In this document: positions 1 to 13,534 of the stretch, piece after piece
How positions within the stretch are numbered: the stretch's first letter is position 1
How the letters are laid out: each line of letters begins with the position of its first letter
NCBI RefSeq assembly: GCF_006345805.1
Contig: NC_043005.1
Coordinates: 83,700,001-83,764,000, forward strand
DNA: 64,000 nt
Origin: Octopus sinensis
Taxonomy: Eukaryota
Direction: 5' to 3'
Notes under the pieces: generated by a model
What the model saw: the letters and a program-made list of their open reading frames with translations, nothing else
Told to the model about the DNA's origin: nothing
The model's database searches: none
Program-made: the position numbers and the translations under genes

Positions 1-129
1 TGCACATGCACATTGTTTGTTTTTGATTTTGTCATCTACACAGTATAGTAGGGTCAGTTGGACACTGTCTGTGAAAAAAACAGCACAATGTTGCAATTCA
101 CTCTGCCAGAAATTTGGAAATGACATGTT

Positions 130-797
130 GTACTACTTGGCATTTGCACCGAAAGCTCCAATACGAACATTTCAGAGAGTTTGGGTGTCAATCTGAGGAC
201 ATGTACTGAGAGTGATGAAAATCAAACTTCCAGTCAACATCATGGTGTTTGGAGTGATCACTAGTGATGGCGACGTTATGCCTCCATACAGCCTCAGCTT
301 CAACACAAAGGCCTACATCAAGTACCTGGAGGAGATAGTGCTGCCCTGAGTCAAGAGGGTGGTTGCTGCAAGACCTTATGTCGGGCAACAGGACTCTGCA
401 CCATGCCACACAAGCAGGAGAACCCAATCATGGCTGTCAGACAATTTCCTAGACCACAACACCCTTAACATCTGGCCACATCACTCCCCAGACTGCAATC
501 CCCTTGATTATTATGTGTGGGGTGCAGTTGAGTGAGAGACCAGCAAAACTCCTTGTCACAGCAAAGATGAACTGAAGGCAAGGATTATGGCAGCATTCAC
601 CAGCTTAAACAAGGAGACCGTCCAGAAGAGTTGCAGGAGATTCTGAAGTTATTTGGGGGCCATGGTTGAAGCCAATAGCGATTTTATTGAATGAATTTTT
701 GTCATTTTGGTAAATATATCTGTTCAAATGAAATGTCAGTTATTTTGATTTTTGTTAAGTTTAGACTTAGACAACAGTTTATTCACTGCACCCTATA
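130..797 (+). mobile_element. Degenerate Tc1/maT-type transposase relic, 3' part
   Basis: Broken frames give VNIMVFGVITSDG, QQDSAPCH and WPHHSPDCNPLDYYVWGAVE. TIR-like end (attcactgcaccctata). Confidence 0.8.
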
Positions 798-876
798 CAT
801 ACATGCATACACACACACACACATGCACACACACACATACGCACACACACATACACATGTATATGCATAATCAGGA

Positions 877-1090
877 GAGGGTGGTGAAAAGTTCCTGGCT
901 TTAAGGGTATCGTGAATGGCCTGGTTGGAGGTACAACCTTCCAAGTTCTTTTACAGGGCTTAGAAAAACTGAAGGACCACTGCAATAAGTGGGTGAATCT
1001 GAGAGGGGAATATGTTGGCTAAAATCTTAATTGACTGATCCTCCTGTATTTTCTTTTGTCCAAAGCCAGGAACTTTTCAGTATAGCCACA
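877..1090 (+). mobile_element. Mariner-derived MITE
   Basis: 18-bp perfect inverted arms tgaaaagttcctggcttt (885-902 and 1062-1079). Internal remnant GLEKLKDHCNKWVNLRGEYV resembles a mariner C-terminus. Confidence 0.75.
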
Positions 1091-3923
1091 TGTATATATA
1101 TATATATATATAAGCATACATAAGGGAACAAGGTGTACGTTACGCCACAATAATATAGGTATAAAAATTATATATAAAGAAACAAGAATTTTTATACCTA
1201 TATTATTGCAGCGTAACGTACACCTCGTTCCCTTATGTATGCTTACATTCCATCCATTTGTACGACTTCTAAAAACTTTCTCTATACCTCACTTTCTGTC
1301 TTTCTCTTTCTCGCCTTTGATTCTTTGGTCCCCCTCTTCCCCCACTCTCCCACATTTCTCTGCCTTTCTCGCTGTGCGCCATTGCTTCTGTTGCCAAGCC
1401 ATCTTTGGTGTGCTCTGTCTCTTCCCCCCCTCTTCCTTCCATCCTCTTTAATTCCTTCTTTCTCTCTCTCTCTCCCCCTACTCTCACGTGACCTGGTCAA
1501 TCCTTGGCGCGCTCTGTTTCTTCTACCCTCTTTAATTCCTTCTTTCTCTTTCTCTCTCTCTCTACCCTCATGTGACCTGCTGAATAACCAGCCATTCCGT
1601 TGGTGGCCGCTGCCGGTTCAACATTGTTCCCGTCTGCCGAAAAGGCAATTTTTCCAAACACGCCTGCTAGATATATTAAATTTGTCTAAAGTCGTAAGAC
1701 ACCTGCTGTTATCCTGTTATTACCATTCTTGTTTTTGTTTTTATTTTTGTTTTTGTTTTTTGTATTTATATTTGTGTGGCTTCATCCGTTTTTCTGTCCT
1801 TGTTTCGTTTACATTCGATCCTTTTTCCAAGAAATCTAATGCTCGCAGCTTAGTTTTTCATTGGGGCTGGCCGTTTCGGAGCAATATCAGGATTAATCAG
1901 CCGAAATTTGCTATGATGATCCGGTTTCTGACTGAAGATTAAAGGCTTCAGTTTTTTGTGTTCGTCCCTTTGTGTAATTCCCGTTCTTGTTTCTTTATAT
2001 ATAATTTTTATACCTATATATATATACACATACATACACATATATCCTCACATATGAGATGACAAAGGACCAGGATCTCTCACAATGTGAGATTCTCAGA
2101 AAGTCTCGCCCTCCTCAGCAAAACGTAGTTCTGAAAGTGCTATATTTTGGGGTCACCATCTGTCATAGTGACTCACTATACAATATATTTGCCTCTCCCC
2201 ATCCCCTTCTTTTGTCATCTCCACTCCCAGCACTGTATCATCTTTTCTACTCCTGCTGCTTGCTTCCACCCCACTCTTCTGCATCCTTCTATCCTCCCCA
2301 CTGCATGAATTTTGTTTCATCTACTTTATCAGTCCTACCCATTTTGGCAGCCTACCTCCCCACCCCTCATCTACCTTCCCATACAAACATTCAAACCACC
2401 CACCTGTCCACTTCTACACAGATGTACCTTTTGGAGCCCCCTGGGCACCTTATTACCATTACCTATGTCATGCAGCACCTACTAATCGTTTTCTCTCCCC
2501 CCCCCCACTTTACCCCTACTGGGTGTGAAGAGCCATGCAAATCTCTCTGCAGGAACCTATTCTGCCCCACCACCTCATACTAATCCCCTCATCCCCTAGC
2601 ATGAAGATGACCCAACCACACATGCCTCAGGACTCATAGTCCCGTGAAGTGCATGGTATCTTCAATAGTGCAGGTGGCATGAAAAATGCAACAAGCCCAC
2701 ACAGTAAAGTGGTTGGTATGAGAAGGGCATCCAGCCCTAAAATCCATGCCAAGGAAGACATTGGCGCTCAATACAGTCCCTAGACACGTTGGAGCTCAAT
2801 ACAGTCCCTAGACATGTTGGATCCTGTCAAACAATCTAACCCATGCCAGCATGGAATAGGGACTTTAAATAATGATGATAATGATGGTGATGTATCTCAA
2901 AGTTACACAACTAGGGTTCAGTTCCTGCCAAAGTCAACCAGAGAATAAACACTGGTAAATATTTTCATCTCGATAGTCTCCTCACAGGATTTGTCTTTGT
3001 GTCCCCATCAAAAGGCATTAATGTATTACCAACTCTGTTTGGATACCAACCACCTGAGAGTCACCTCCAGAATCTACCAACTACAAAGAGGAAGAGCAAA
3101 TTTGATAATGCTCTCTTAGATGCACTGTTGGAAAATAAATGGAATGGTCACAGCTGGAATGTTTTTAATCATAGATCTACTCGGTTGGGACTAGCCTTGG
3201 ATTGAACAACAATAAGGAGGTGATAAGGAAGATAATTTTAAAATGTAAGGATGATAACGACAGTAATGACAACAATAACATTAAAAAAAAGGACTGCCCC
3301 TCCATCAGTTCCGGTTGATTTAATCATTAGAACAGTGAAATTAACAAGCAAGTCACTGAGCACTCCACAAACATGCACACCTATTTCTTTACTACCCACA
3401 AGGGGCTTAACACAGAGGGGACAAACAAGGACAAACAGATTAAGTCGATTACATCAACCCCAGTGCATAACTGGTACTTATTTAATCGACCCCGAAAGGA
3501 TGAAAGGCAAAGTCGACCTCGGCGGAATTTGAACTCAGAACATAGCGGCAGATGAAATACTGCTAGGCATTTTGCTCGGCATGCTAACGATTCTGCGAGC
3601 TCGCTGCCTTAAACATGCATACCCTTAATATATTTGCCAGGGAGTTTCAGTGTGACATAGAATGTGACAAGACTGACCCTTTGAACTACAGGTACAAATC
3701 CTTTTTTGCCAACTGAGTGAACTTCTGAGCAAAATGAAATAAAGTGTCTTGCTCAAGAACACAATGTGCTGCTGAATATTGAACTCACGACTTTATGATT
3801 GTGAGCTAAATGCCCAAGTGCCTTCACATAGAATGACATTTATTATGATGATCACAGCAATGAGAATAACGATGAAGGTGGTGGGGACAAAAGGTGACAG
3901 TGATTTATAAAGTTTACACATAC

Positions 3924-4104
3924 AGCAGGTGGGACAATAAGATTGGTGAAATCTTCCATGGACTTGAGAGTTAAATCTTGTAAGTGGGACGTCATCAATG
4001 TATTGACACAAGTTAACAGATTGGATCCGGGTTTGTTCTGTGATGGATCTATCTGCCTCCGTCTGCTGCATTGACATAGAATATTCAGCACTTCTTTGTA
4101 CCAA
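3924..4104 (-). CDS. DNAH7: DNAH7-like exon 9 (WYKEVLNI...LMTSHLQDLTLKSMEDFTNLIVPPA); gene continues left of the window
   Basis: gtag acceptor, gtatgt donor. 181 nt, phase 2 to 0. LMTxxLQDLTLxSMxDFTxLI motif. I found no further exon in 1-3900. Confidence 0.93.
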
Positions 4105-4135
4105 CTACAACAATAACAAGAAGAAGAATTTTAAA

Positions 4136-4213
4136 TAATAATAATAATAAATGGCAGTGCCCCAGCATGGCCACAGCTCGTGAGCTGAAACTAGAATCAA
4201 TCAATCAATAATA

Positions 4214-4244
<31 letters not shown>

Positions 4245-4452
4245 AATAATAATAACAATAATAATAATAGTATATTTATTATACTATTATTATAATATTA
4301 TTATAATAATACTATTATTATATTAATAATAATAGTATATTTATTAAGTATATTTTACCCCAGTGTCACTTTGATGGCATGCACTGCTCTCTCACTCAAT
4401 GGTAATAATGATGATGATGATAATAATAATAATAGTAATAATAATGATGATG

Positions 4453-4483
<31 letters not shown>

Positions 4484-4491
4484 TAATAATA

Positions 4492-4570
<79 letters not shown>

Positions 4571-4606
4571 TGATGATAATAATAATAATAATAATAATGA
4601 TAATAA
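4136..4606. repeat. (AAT/GAT)n microsatellite
   Basis: Seen directly in the sequence. Confidence 0.97.
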
Positions 4607-4884
4607 AAGTATACAACTCATCAGAAAATGTTGTCAAAAATGCATGAACAACACAGAATAATGCCCAAAAAGTGAAAAGTGAATGAGTAGTTTAAAAAAA
4701 GAGTGGGGTGAATATCAGGTATCCTGTTGGCGAATTTCAGGAAGCATGGAAGTTTTGAAGGATGTAGTGTCCTGATAGCCACCTACTGATGTAAGTAGTT
4801 TACTCCATGCTTCAGCAATTTTGAGTGTGAAAAAATGTTTCCAAAGGTCATGGGTGCTGTGTAGTTTGTTGGTTTTGTAAGCAT

Positions 4885-5046
4885 GGCTGTGTGGTAAGTA
4901 GCTTGCTCACCAACCACATGGTTCCGGGTTCAGTTCCACTGCATGGCACCTTGGGCAAGTGTCTTCTACTATAACCGCGGGCTGACCAAAGCCTTGTGAG
5001 TGGATTTGGTAGACGGAAACTTAAAGAAGCCCGTTGTATATACGTG

Positions 5047-5108
<62 letters not shown>

Positions 5109-5350
5109 GTGTGTGTGTGTGTTCGTGTGTATGTGTGTTCGTGTGTCTGTGTTTGTCCCCACAACATCGCTTGACAACCGATGCTGGTGTGTTTACGTCC
5201 CCGTAACTCAGCAGTTCGGCAAAAGAGCCTGATAGAATAAGTACTAGGCTTACAAAGAATAAGTCCTGGGGTCGATTTGCTCGACTAAAGGCGGGGCTCC
5301 AGCATGGCCACAATCAAATGACTGAAACAAGTAAAAGAGTAAAGAGTAAG
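4885..5350 (+). mobile_element. SINE family A (tRNA-like head, internal microsatellite), representative copy
   Basis: ggctgtgtggtaagtagcttgc...ggttcagtcccactgcgtggcacc...(GT)n...gactgaaacaagtaaaagagt. Other copies at about 8789, 11765, 33695, 36112(-), 36413, 36970, 46425(-), 47320(-), 50040, 51672, 52410, 57660, 58070(-) and 62140(-). Confidence 0.9.
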
Positions 5351-5599
5351 AGTATGTCCACAAATATCTGACCCTTGTGAACATGCTTACAAAATAATTC
5401 AAGTTCAAATAAATGAGAACAAGGGAAAACAAAACTCAGTCATAGCTGTGTGGTGTTAAGGAGTATGCATCACAATGGTTTCAGGTTCAATCTTACTGAG
5501 CAATAAATGGGAAACTATCTTTCACTATTGCCCAGGTTGATCAAAGCCTTTTCACTGAGTGGTGTTTGATAGCCAGAAACTGTGAAGAAATTGGTACAA

Positions 5600-5636
<37 letters not shown>

Positions 5637-6314
5637 TCTGTGTGTGCGTGTGCGCAAACTGGCACTCCATTGGTTATGATGGCATGAGTTCCGGTTGATT
5701 CAAGCAAGGGAAACCCCACTTCATGAAGTTAATGTGTAAGTTTCTGAGCAAACCAGATGAGTGTAGCCTATGACATGGAATGTGATAAGGCTGACCCTTT
5801 GAAATACAGATACAACACATTTTTGTCAGCAATGGGGAATAAAGTGTCTTGCTCAAGGACACACTGGGTCTCAAACATATGACTTTACAAGTATGAGCTA
5901 CACACACACACACACATATAAATATGTATACATGTATATGTATATATATATATATATTGCTTCCAAACCATGTGGTTTCAGGTTCAGTCCCACTACACAG
6001 CTTTTTGGGCAAGTGTCTTCTATTCTAGCAAACCAAAACCTTGTAAGTTGATTTGGTAGACAGAAACCCATTTTGTGTGTGTGTGTGTGCATTTGTGTGT
6101 GTGTATATATGTGTGTGTGAGTGTGTGTGCATTTGTGTGTGAGTGTGTGTTGATTTGTGTGTGTGAGTGTGTGTGTGTGTTTGTATATCCTTGTTTTGTC
6201 ATTGCATGATAGCTGTAAACAAGTGTCACCTTCCTTAACAAGCTGTGTCATGTTTCCAATCCTCCATGGAAACATGTTCAATCATAGTGAAATATTACCT
6301 TGCTTCAAAACAAT

Positions 6315-7260
6315 TATTGGGTCATCCCATAAATAATGCAGTTTTTTCAATTGCATGAACAAGAAGTCAGAGGGAGACAGGATAAACTACCTGCATCAAC
6401 TTGCTATGAAAGCAGGTAGTAATTCTAACTTTGTATTGATTCTTAGTGCAAGTTTTGAAAGAGTGCTGTTCGATTTTAACAGTTATTTTTTCAATGCTAT
6501 AATGGAAGTGACAAAGGATTCAGCATATTTTGCTTTATGCGTTCAATAAAGGCAACAACACAACAAAAAGGGCAAGGAATATTAATGCAGTATATGGGGA
6601 TCAGACAATAAGCTTAAGCCAGTGTCATTCAACCATTCATCGACACCTGAGTGCCATTGGAAAAATCAGGAAATTGGGTCAATGGGTTGCTCACAAACTT
6701 TCTGAGTCTAATCACACACAGAGAGTGAATGTGTACTCTTCTTTGCTGTCATGTTCCACGAATGAACCTTTTTTGGACCAAATAGTGATTGATGACGAGA
6801 AATGGGTTCTCTATAAATATGCCAAGTGCTGAAGACAGTGGGTAAGGAAAGGAGAAACAATGGTATCCCAAGCTAAAGAAGGTCTTCACACACATAAGGC
6901 GTTGTTATCTGTTTGGTGGGACACGAAAGGTTTAGTCCTATTTGAACTTTTAAACCCAAACCAAACGATAACAAAGGAGATCTACTGTGAGAAGCTTGAG
7001 TGGCTTAAGTCAGCACTAGAAGAAACAACAACCATCTTTGGTTTCAAGACAAAAGATGTTGTTTCATTAGGTTAATGTTTGACGACATACAGCGAGGAAG
7101 ACATTCCAAAGACTGGAGAAGACTGAATGGAAACGATGCCCCACCCACCATATTCATCGGGCATTGCCCCATCTGATTATCATTCATTCCACAATCTTCA
7201 AAATCATTTGGAGAGAAAAAATGAATTCTGTAAACAATACTGGAGGAATATTTTTTGTCA
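6315..7260 (+). mobile_element. Degenerate mariner transposase
   Basis: TIR tattgggtcatcccataaataatgcag (a related TIR fragment is at about 49689). Motifs WVAHKL, FLDQIVIDDEKWVLY, LLSVWWD, HPPYSSGIAPSDY, with stops and frameshifts. Confidence 0.88.
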
Positions 7261-7475
7261 GAAATGCATCTAATTCTGGGATTTGTTGTATTTGGAATTC
7301 ACTTAGATATTCCTTTGCTTGTTCTGTGACTGAGTATGATGCTTTCTTGTTTTCATGCTTTAAAACAAGTTTTAACATCCAGTCATCAGAGTTTTTTAGG
7401 TAGGTGTTGAGTCTAATTGTGACAATCTTCATTGTTAGTTCCAGTTGTAAAAGTCCACAGCCACCCTCTTTTCTT
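7260..7475 (-). mobile_element. Non-LTR retrotransposon fragment (post-RT region, R4/RTE-like)
   Basis: RKEGGCGLLQLELTMKIVTIRLNTYL resembles the R-K-E-G-G-x-G-L motif that follows RT. Confidence 0.55.
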
Positions 7476-7577
7476 CTTCTTACTATTATTAATGTCCATC
7501 ACCATCACCACCACCACCACCACCATCATCATCATCATTATTAACTGTGCCTATCAAACACCAGCAAAATGCCTTAC

Positions 7578-7697
7578 CGTTGATCAAGAGCTTCCTTAGC
7601 TTGTTCAATATGTTTCATACACAAGTTTTTAAAAACTCCAATTTCCATTGATTCTTTACGATTATGAAATTCTTTAATATTCACAAACCGAAGATCT
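7578..7697 (-). CDS. DNAH7: DNAH7-like exon 8 (DLRFVNIKEFHNRKESMEI...AKEALDQ)
   Basis: Poly-T plus cag acceptor, gtaagg donor. 120 nt, phase 2 to 2. LRxVxIKEFHN motif. Confidence 0.93.
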
Positions 7698-8946
7698 CTG
7701 AAAAAAAAGAAAAAAATTAAAGAAAAGAAAAACAAAAACATCAAATTATAAATAAAAATAAATTTATACAGCAGAATCTAAATTCTGAAATAAAGTAACC
7801 CTTTGTCCTTCATCTTTTTAGGGGTTGGTAAAATGAGTCCCAGGGTCAAGTACAGTCTGGTAATGGCGGTCAGTTTAACCCTTTTGTTACCAACCCAGCT
7901 GAAACTGGCTCTAGCCCTGAGTATAAATGTCTTGTTTTCATAAGTTTTGAATCAAAATCTTCCACCAAGCCTTAGTCACAATTTATGATCCTAACACTAG
8001 CTGAATGATACATAGTCAATACAGACACCACTTGCACATGCTAACCTGATCTACAAGAGACAACAGCTAAATAAGACTCAAATCACACTGTTGGTTTAAA
8101 ACGCATGACATTGTCCTGGACACAGTAGCTCTGAATAACAGAGAAGATGGTCTGCAATTCAACACCTATGACTGTACATTCTTCTCAATCAAGACTGAAC
8201 TTGGAATTGGATAACAAGACACACCTGTCCAATGACATAGCCTCAACGGGGTCCAATCCATCTCCCTCAGATTACATTACTCTCTTGGAAAGAAAGGACA
8301 CATTAGATAATGCTACTTCTAATAAGGAAAAACTGGATGCAATTGTCACAGCTGACCTGGGGACAAACGATATTTTACATAGATGCTTTTTACTTATTTT
8401 TTTATTACTTTAAAAAAAAAAAATTTGCAACAGATTATAGACCAATACTAATCTACCGATTCTGGTGACTATCCTTATTAATCCATAGTACAGAAATGTC
8501 TACCATAGAGAATATGAAAAGGGTAATAGAAAATTTTAAAAATGAACCAGGTGGGAGAAAACTGACCCCATTAAAAAAAACCTCTATCTGGTCACTCATC
8601 TTTAAAAAGTAGATTACAATTAGATAATGTAATCTTAGATAGCTTTAAAAAGAAGGATCCTCATTAAAAATAAACCTCTATATGGTCCTTCATCTTGCTA
8701 TAAATAGCAGCCAAAATCTCTCCCAAACTACCTCCACCATCATATAAAACTGAGTAGTTATTAGATAATGTAATATTAGATAGTGTAGGAGTGGGTGTGT
8801 GGTAAGTAGCTTGCTTACAAACCACATGGTTCCGGATTCAGTCCCACTGCGTGGCACCTTGGGCAAGTGTCTTCTACTATAGCCTCGGGCTGACCAAATC
8901 CTTGTGAGTGGATTTGGTAGACAGAAACTGAAAGAAGTCCGTCGTA

Positions 8947-9011
<65 letters not shown>

Positions 9012-9351
9012 GTTTGTGTGTCTGTGTTTGTCCCACCAACATCGCTTGACAACCGATGCTGGTGTGTTTACGTCCCCGTAACTTAGCGGTTCGGCAAAAG
9101 AGACCGATAGAATAAGTACTAGGCTTACAAAGAATAAGTCCTGGGGTCGATTTGCTAGACTAAAGGCGGTGCTCCAGCATGGCCACAATCAAATGACTGA
9201 AACAAATAAAAGAGTAAAAGAGAGAGAGAGAGAGAGAGTTCTAAAACAAAGGATTATGGCTGAAATGGCTTTAATTATAAGTCTGCTTAATCAAGCCTGA
9301 CCCAGGGTGGAAGCAAAACAAGAAGAACAGTAGCCACTGCATCAAACCTAC

Positions 9352-9550
9352 GCAAACTGTGTGTGCCAAAGTGCAAGTATTTGTTTCATGGCTGGGTTGA
9401 CGATGTGTAAAATCCTGTAGATTACTGATCGGCAGTGGTAAAAATTCCTTTGCCATGGCTTTGGCACCACTGCCATTTCTTGTCGATGTTTGAGTAGTAT
9501 CTTCTCCTCTTTCTTTTCACTCTCACGAGGATCCTTCAGCACAAAGTCCA
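9352..9550 (-). CDS. DNAH7: DNAH7-like exon 7 (VDFVLKDPRE...PKPW...LALWHTQF)
   Basis: ctag acceptor, gtaggt donor. 199 nt, phase 1 to 2. VDFVLKDPRE and PKPW motifs. Confidence 0.95.
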
Positions 9551-9959
9551 CTAGAAACTCAAATCAAATAAATATTATAAAAATACAATATCGACAAGAA
9601 GGGAGTATGACTAAAATAAAATATTTTAAAAAAATTTAAATAGATGGAAATCAAAATGAAAATAGTATTTATAAAAAAAAATGAGAACAGATAAATAAAA
9701 ATACTAAAAAATTGATAAAAATCAGATAATAATTGTTTTGTTTTCAATGTGGGTTTTCAAGTCTATCCTCACATATGGTCATGAATTTTGGGTAATGACT
9801 GAAAGAGTACAACTGCGAATACAAGCAACCAAAATGGGGTTCCTTTGAAAAATCTCTGGAGCAACATTATTCGATAGGGTGCATAGCTTGGAGATCAGAG
9901 AGCCTCTCCAGATTAAGCCACTACTTCTCTGCATTGAGAGATAACAGCTCCAGCACTAA

Positions 9960-10205
9960 AGGCCTGTCATTAGAATGTTACACAAAATGATCACAACACA
10001 GATTCTTCATGGCCAAGTCAACCAGCAGGAGACCTAAAGGTAGACCAAGAATGAGATGGTTGGATCCATGGTCTCCGTTGGTCACACATGGGAATCCAGC
10101 CAGAAAGTGTAATGATGGTTGCTTCTGACAAGATCCTATGCAGGAGGTGCCTGAGGACTCTGCTGCCACAACCCTCCCAGGAATGGAGAACAGCAAAAAT
10201 GGATG
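9960..10205 (+). mobile_element. RTE-like LINE 3' fragment
   Basis: ILHGQVN...GRPRMRWLD remnant followed by a short-repeat tail (atgg)n. Confidence 0.55.
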
Positions 10206-10715
10206 GATGGATTTTTATTATCAATAATTGGCAGAATCATTATAGTATTAAACAAAATGCTTGCAGTATTTCACTGTGGCCTTCTATATTCTGAGTTCAA
10301 ATCCTGCTGAGGTTAGCTTTGCCTCTTATCTTTCTGGGGTAGGTAAAATAAAATACCAGTCTAATAGAGTCAATTTAAGTCTTATCATCCAGTTGAAAAT
10401 TTTCTAAATCAGAAACCCAGTCCTGTAATGATTGAGGAAAGGTTTAAAGTCTCCCTAAAATAACTTTGTCATTATTAAACTGGTATTCAGAATATAAATT
10501 AACATGCAATTTTGATGAGAGGTTTTAATTTAGACCACTTAAAAATGGCCAAGCCATTTTTAAGTGGTCTAAATTAAAACCTCTTTACACATATTTAAAT
10601 TTACACATATTTAAATTTAAAGGTGGGTTGATATTAAAAAGATAGATAATGCCCCTTGGCTGTCAATTAAATGAACTACTGCTGTAAAATATAGATTTTT
10701 AGTATGAATATCTAC

Positions 10716-10794
10716 CTATTGCTTTCTTAACACTCATGAGATAGTCCTCTCTCATCTCCTCAGAAAGGTTTTCAACAATTGTTTGGTTACATTC
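10716..10794 (-). CDS. DNAH7: DNAH7-like exon 6 (ECNQTIVENLSEEMREDYLMSVKKAI)
   Basis: tttag acceptor, gtagat donor. 79 nt, phase 0 to 1. LSEEMREDYLMSVKKAI motif. Confidence 0.95.
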
Positions 10795-12088
10795 CTAAAG
10801 ATAGAGAGCAATTTAAAACATCCATTATTCAATAGAAAATATACATCGTAAAATCTTTTTTAAACTCATGGTTTTTCACATTTGACAATTTTTTTATTCA
10901 TTTCAGTCACACACTCAACAAGCCATACACTCAACACACTATACACTCAACTTTACATTCTCATACACATAATAAACCTTACACTTAACTAATCATACAC
11001 TTAATAAACAATACATTCAGAAGGTCATGCATTCAACAGACCATACCTTTAATGAACCATACATCTAATAGTTCATGCACTCAACAGACCAAATGCTTAA
11101 ACTTTATGCCCAACAGACCATACACATAGTAAACCCTACAGTCAGTGAACCATACACTTGTAAACCTTATGCTGAACAGGCCATCATCATCGTCATCGTC
11201 ATTGTCATCATCATCATCATCATCATCATCATCAACATCGTTTAACGTCTGCCTTCCAGGCTAGCATGGGTGGAATGGTTTCACAAGAGCCAGACGGACA
11301 GAAGCTTGCATCTGACTTCTGTGAGCAGAGTGGATTTAGGGCTTTTCACATGGCGCAAGCACAGGTGAGGTCAGTTTTGGTAAAGTTTTTCAGCTGGATG
11401 CCCTTCCAAGTGCCAACCACTTTACAATGTGGACTGGGTACTTTTAAGTGACACCTGCACTGACAGGGTCACCAAGTACTCGCAAAACCAAAAAGACAAC
11501 AACTTTCAAATGACCTTAAACTTCATCTGTCATACTCTCAATTTATTCTTTTATTCATGTCAGTCATAGAACTGCAACAGCCTTGTGGGTCTGAGCTACC
11601 TTAGGGGATCATATCAGTCTCAATAATCATTTTATTGCATGTTTATTGAATGGCCAAGTTACCTTTCCTTCATTAAAGTAGACATAGGTTGACATCAACA
11701 CACACACACACACCACACACACATACATATACATGCACACCACACAAATAATCTCATACACACAATTTGGTAGACGGAAACTGAAAGAAGCCAATCATAT
11801 ATATGTATATATGTCAGTGTGTGTATGTTTGTGTGTCTGCATTTGTTCCTCTGGCATTACTTGACAACCGATGCTGGTGTGTTTATGTCCCCGTCACTTA
11901 GCGGTTCGGCAAAAGAGACCGATAGAATAAGTACTAGGCTTACAAAGAATAAGTCCCAGGGTCGATTTGCTCGACTAAAGACGGTGCTCCAGCATGGCTG
12001 CCGTCAAATGACTGACAAAAGTAAAAGAGTAAAAGAGTAAAGAGCATCATATTAGTACCTCAATCAGGAAAATAATAAAGTATCTTAC

Positions 12089-12193
12089 CCTAGCTTTTCT
12101 AGGCACAAGTCTAAAAACATTCTCCAGCCAGGAATCTTCCATAGCAGCAACATGAGTGGTGTCGATTCCATTGTGAATGTAGTAGTAATATCT
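12089..12193 (-). CDS. DNAH7: DNAH7-like exon 5 (RYYYYIHNGIDTTHVAAMEDSWLENVFRLVPRKAR)
   Basis: cacag acceptor, gtaaga donor. 105 nt, phase 0 to 0. Carries the diagnostic DNAH7 motif RYYYYIHxGIDTxHVAxMEDSWLE. Confidence 0.95.
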
Positions 12194-13187
12194 CTGTGAA
12201 TGATAGTTAAAAATAAGGTAAGTGGGAGATTTTGTCATGTTGGATGGGAGGAGGGAGTATGTTAACAAGTTGAATTATGAGCAAAAGGGGAATTATCTTC
12301 AATCACATTTTATTGACGATGCTTAACATTTTATTTTACTATATTTATAATTGATAAGTACATGATATATCACGTGATCACGTGACCAACCAGGCCATCA
12401 GATGTTGCTACACATCGCTGGTCACAATGCGCTTCGCATTGTTTTAGCCTTCAATGATGCCACCCTGCTGGCTAAGCGAGCAGGCCAACAGAAGAAAGAG
12501 TGAGAGAAAGTTGTGGTGAAAGAGTACAGCAGGGCTCACCACCACCCCCTGCTGGAGCCTAATGGAGCTTTAGGTGTTTTTGCTCAATAAACACTCACAA
12601 CGCCCAGTCTGGGAATTGAAACAGCGATCCTACAACCAGAAGTCCGCTGCCCTAACCACTGGGCCATAGTGCCTCCACTCATGATATATATGAATCAAAA
12701 AGTAATTTTAAAGGAAAGAGAGAAACAAATTTGTTAGCCATAACAGGAACACTTTGTTTGGTGAAAAAAGTTCAGGATAAAAAATTGCCAAATATAGTAA
12801 ATGCTGTTTGTCAACAATTTTTGGCCTTCAAATTCAAAACGGTTTGAATCTCAAGGAAAGCTAATCACTATAGTTTGTAACATCAACATAATCCTTTATA
12901 ATGTACCAGTATTTTAAAAGAAACTGTTTCCAATATGTATAGCTATTTCCCAATAGATTCATTGCCTCCAACTTGATAATTTCCTTTGTGAACTGATTTT
13001 AATTTATATGAATTGCATTTGAGGTTTGCTGCTCAACTGCTGGTCATTGCTTAATAAATAACTAGCCAAATGGCTTCTTATTCAAAACAGGTAGAATTCC
13101 AAGAGAATATGTTTACAACTGGTGTTGACATCAGCAGTTGTTATTGTCTAGGCATACATGTCTTTAACAAGAATATTTGGAAATTAA

Positions 13188-13260
13188 CCCTTTTGTTACC
13201 ATCCTGCCCGAAACCACTTTTAGTTCTATGATGCAAATTTCCTATTTTAAAGTAATCTAA

Positions 13261-13300
<40 letters not shown>

Positions 13301-13482
13301 GTAATCGTCGTCTTCATCGTCGTCATCATCATCATCAAACGTCCATTTTCCATGCTAGCATGGGTTTGACGGGTTATCCAAACACCAGCTTAATAATGAG
13401 TATTATTTTACTAAATTCTTCATAATTCTTGAAACTGAAACAAAGGAATTGCATTTCAACAAGAAATATGGTAACAAAAGGG
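13188..13482. mobile_element. piggyBac-type MITE with internal (AAT)n and SINE fragment
   Basis: TTAA|CCCTTTTGTTACC ... GGTAACAAAAGGG|TTAA. Confidence 0.75.
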
Positions 13483-13534
13483 TTAAAATAATGCAAAGAT
13501 TTTCTTCAAAGTAGAATGAATAAAAAGAACTAAC

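Noticed and set aside
1235-1942. 235-aa plus-strand ORF
   Set aside because: Pyrimidine-rich low-complexity sequence with no recognisable domain; it lies in a repeat-like intronic segment.
4355-4661. Poly-L/I/N ORFs and the many CV, YI and HT repeat ORFs across the window
   Set aside because: They are translations of (AAT)n, (GT)n, (TA)n and (CATA)n microsatellites.
7184-7432. Minus-strand ORF next to DNAH7 exon 8 as a possible extra exon
   Set aside because: Exons 8 and 9 already join in frame with collinear homology, and the segment looks like a LINE fragment.
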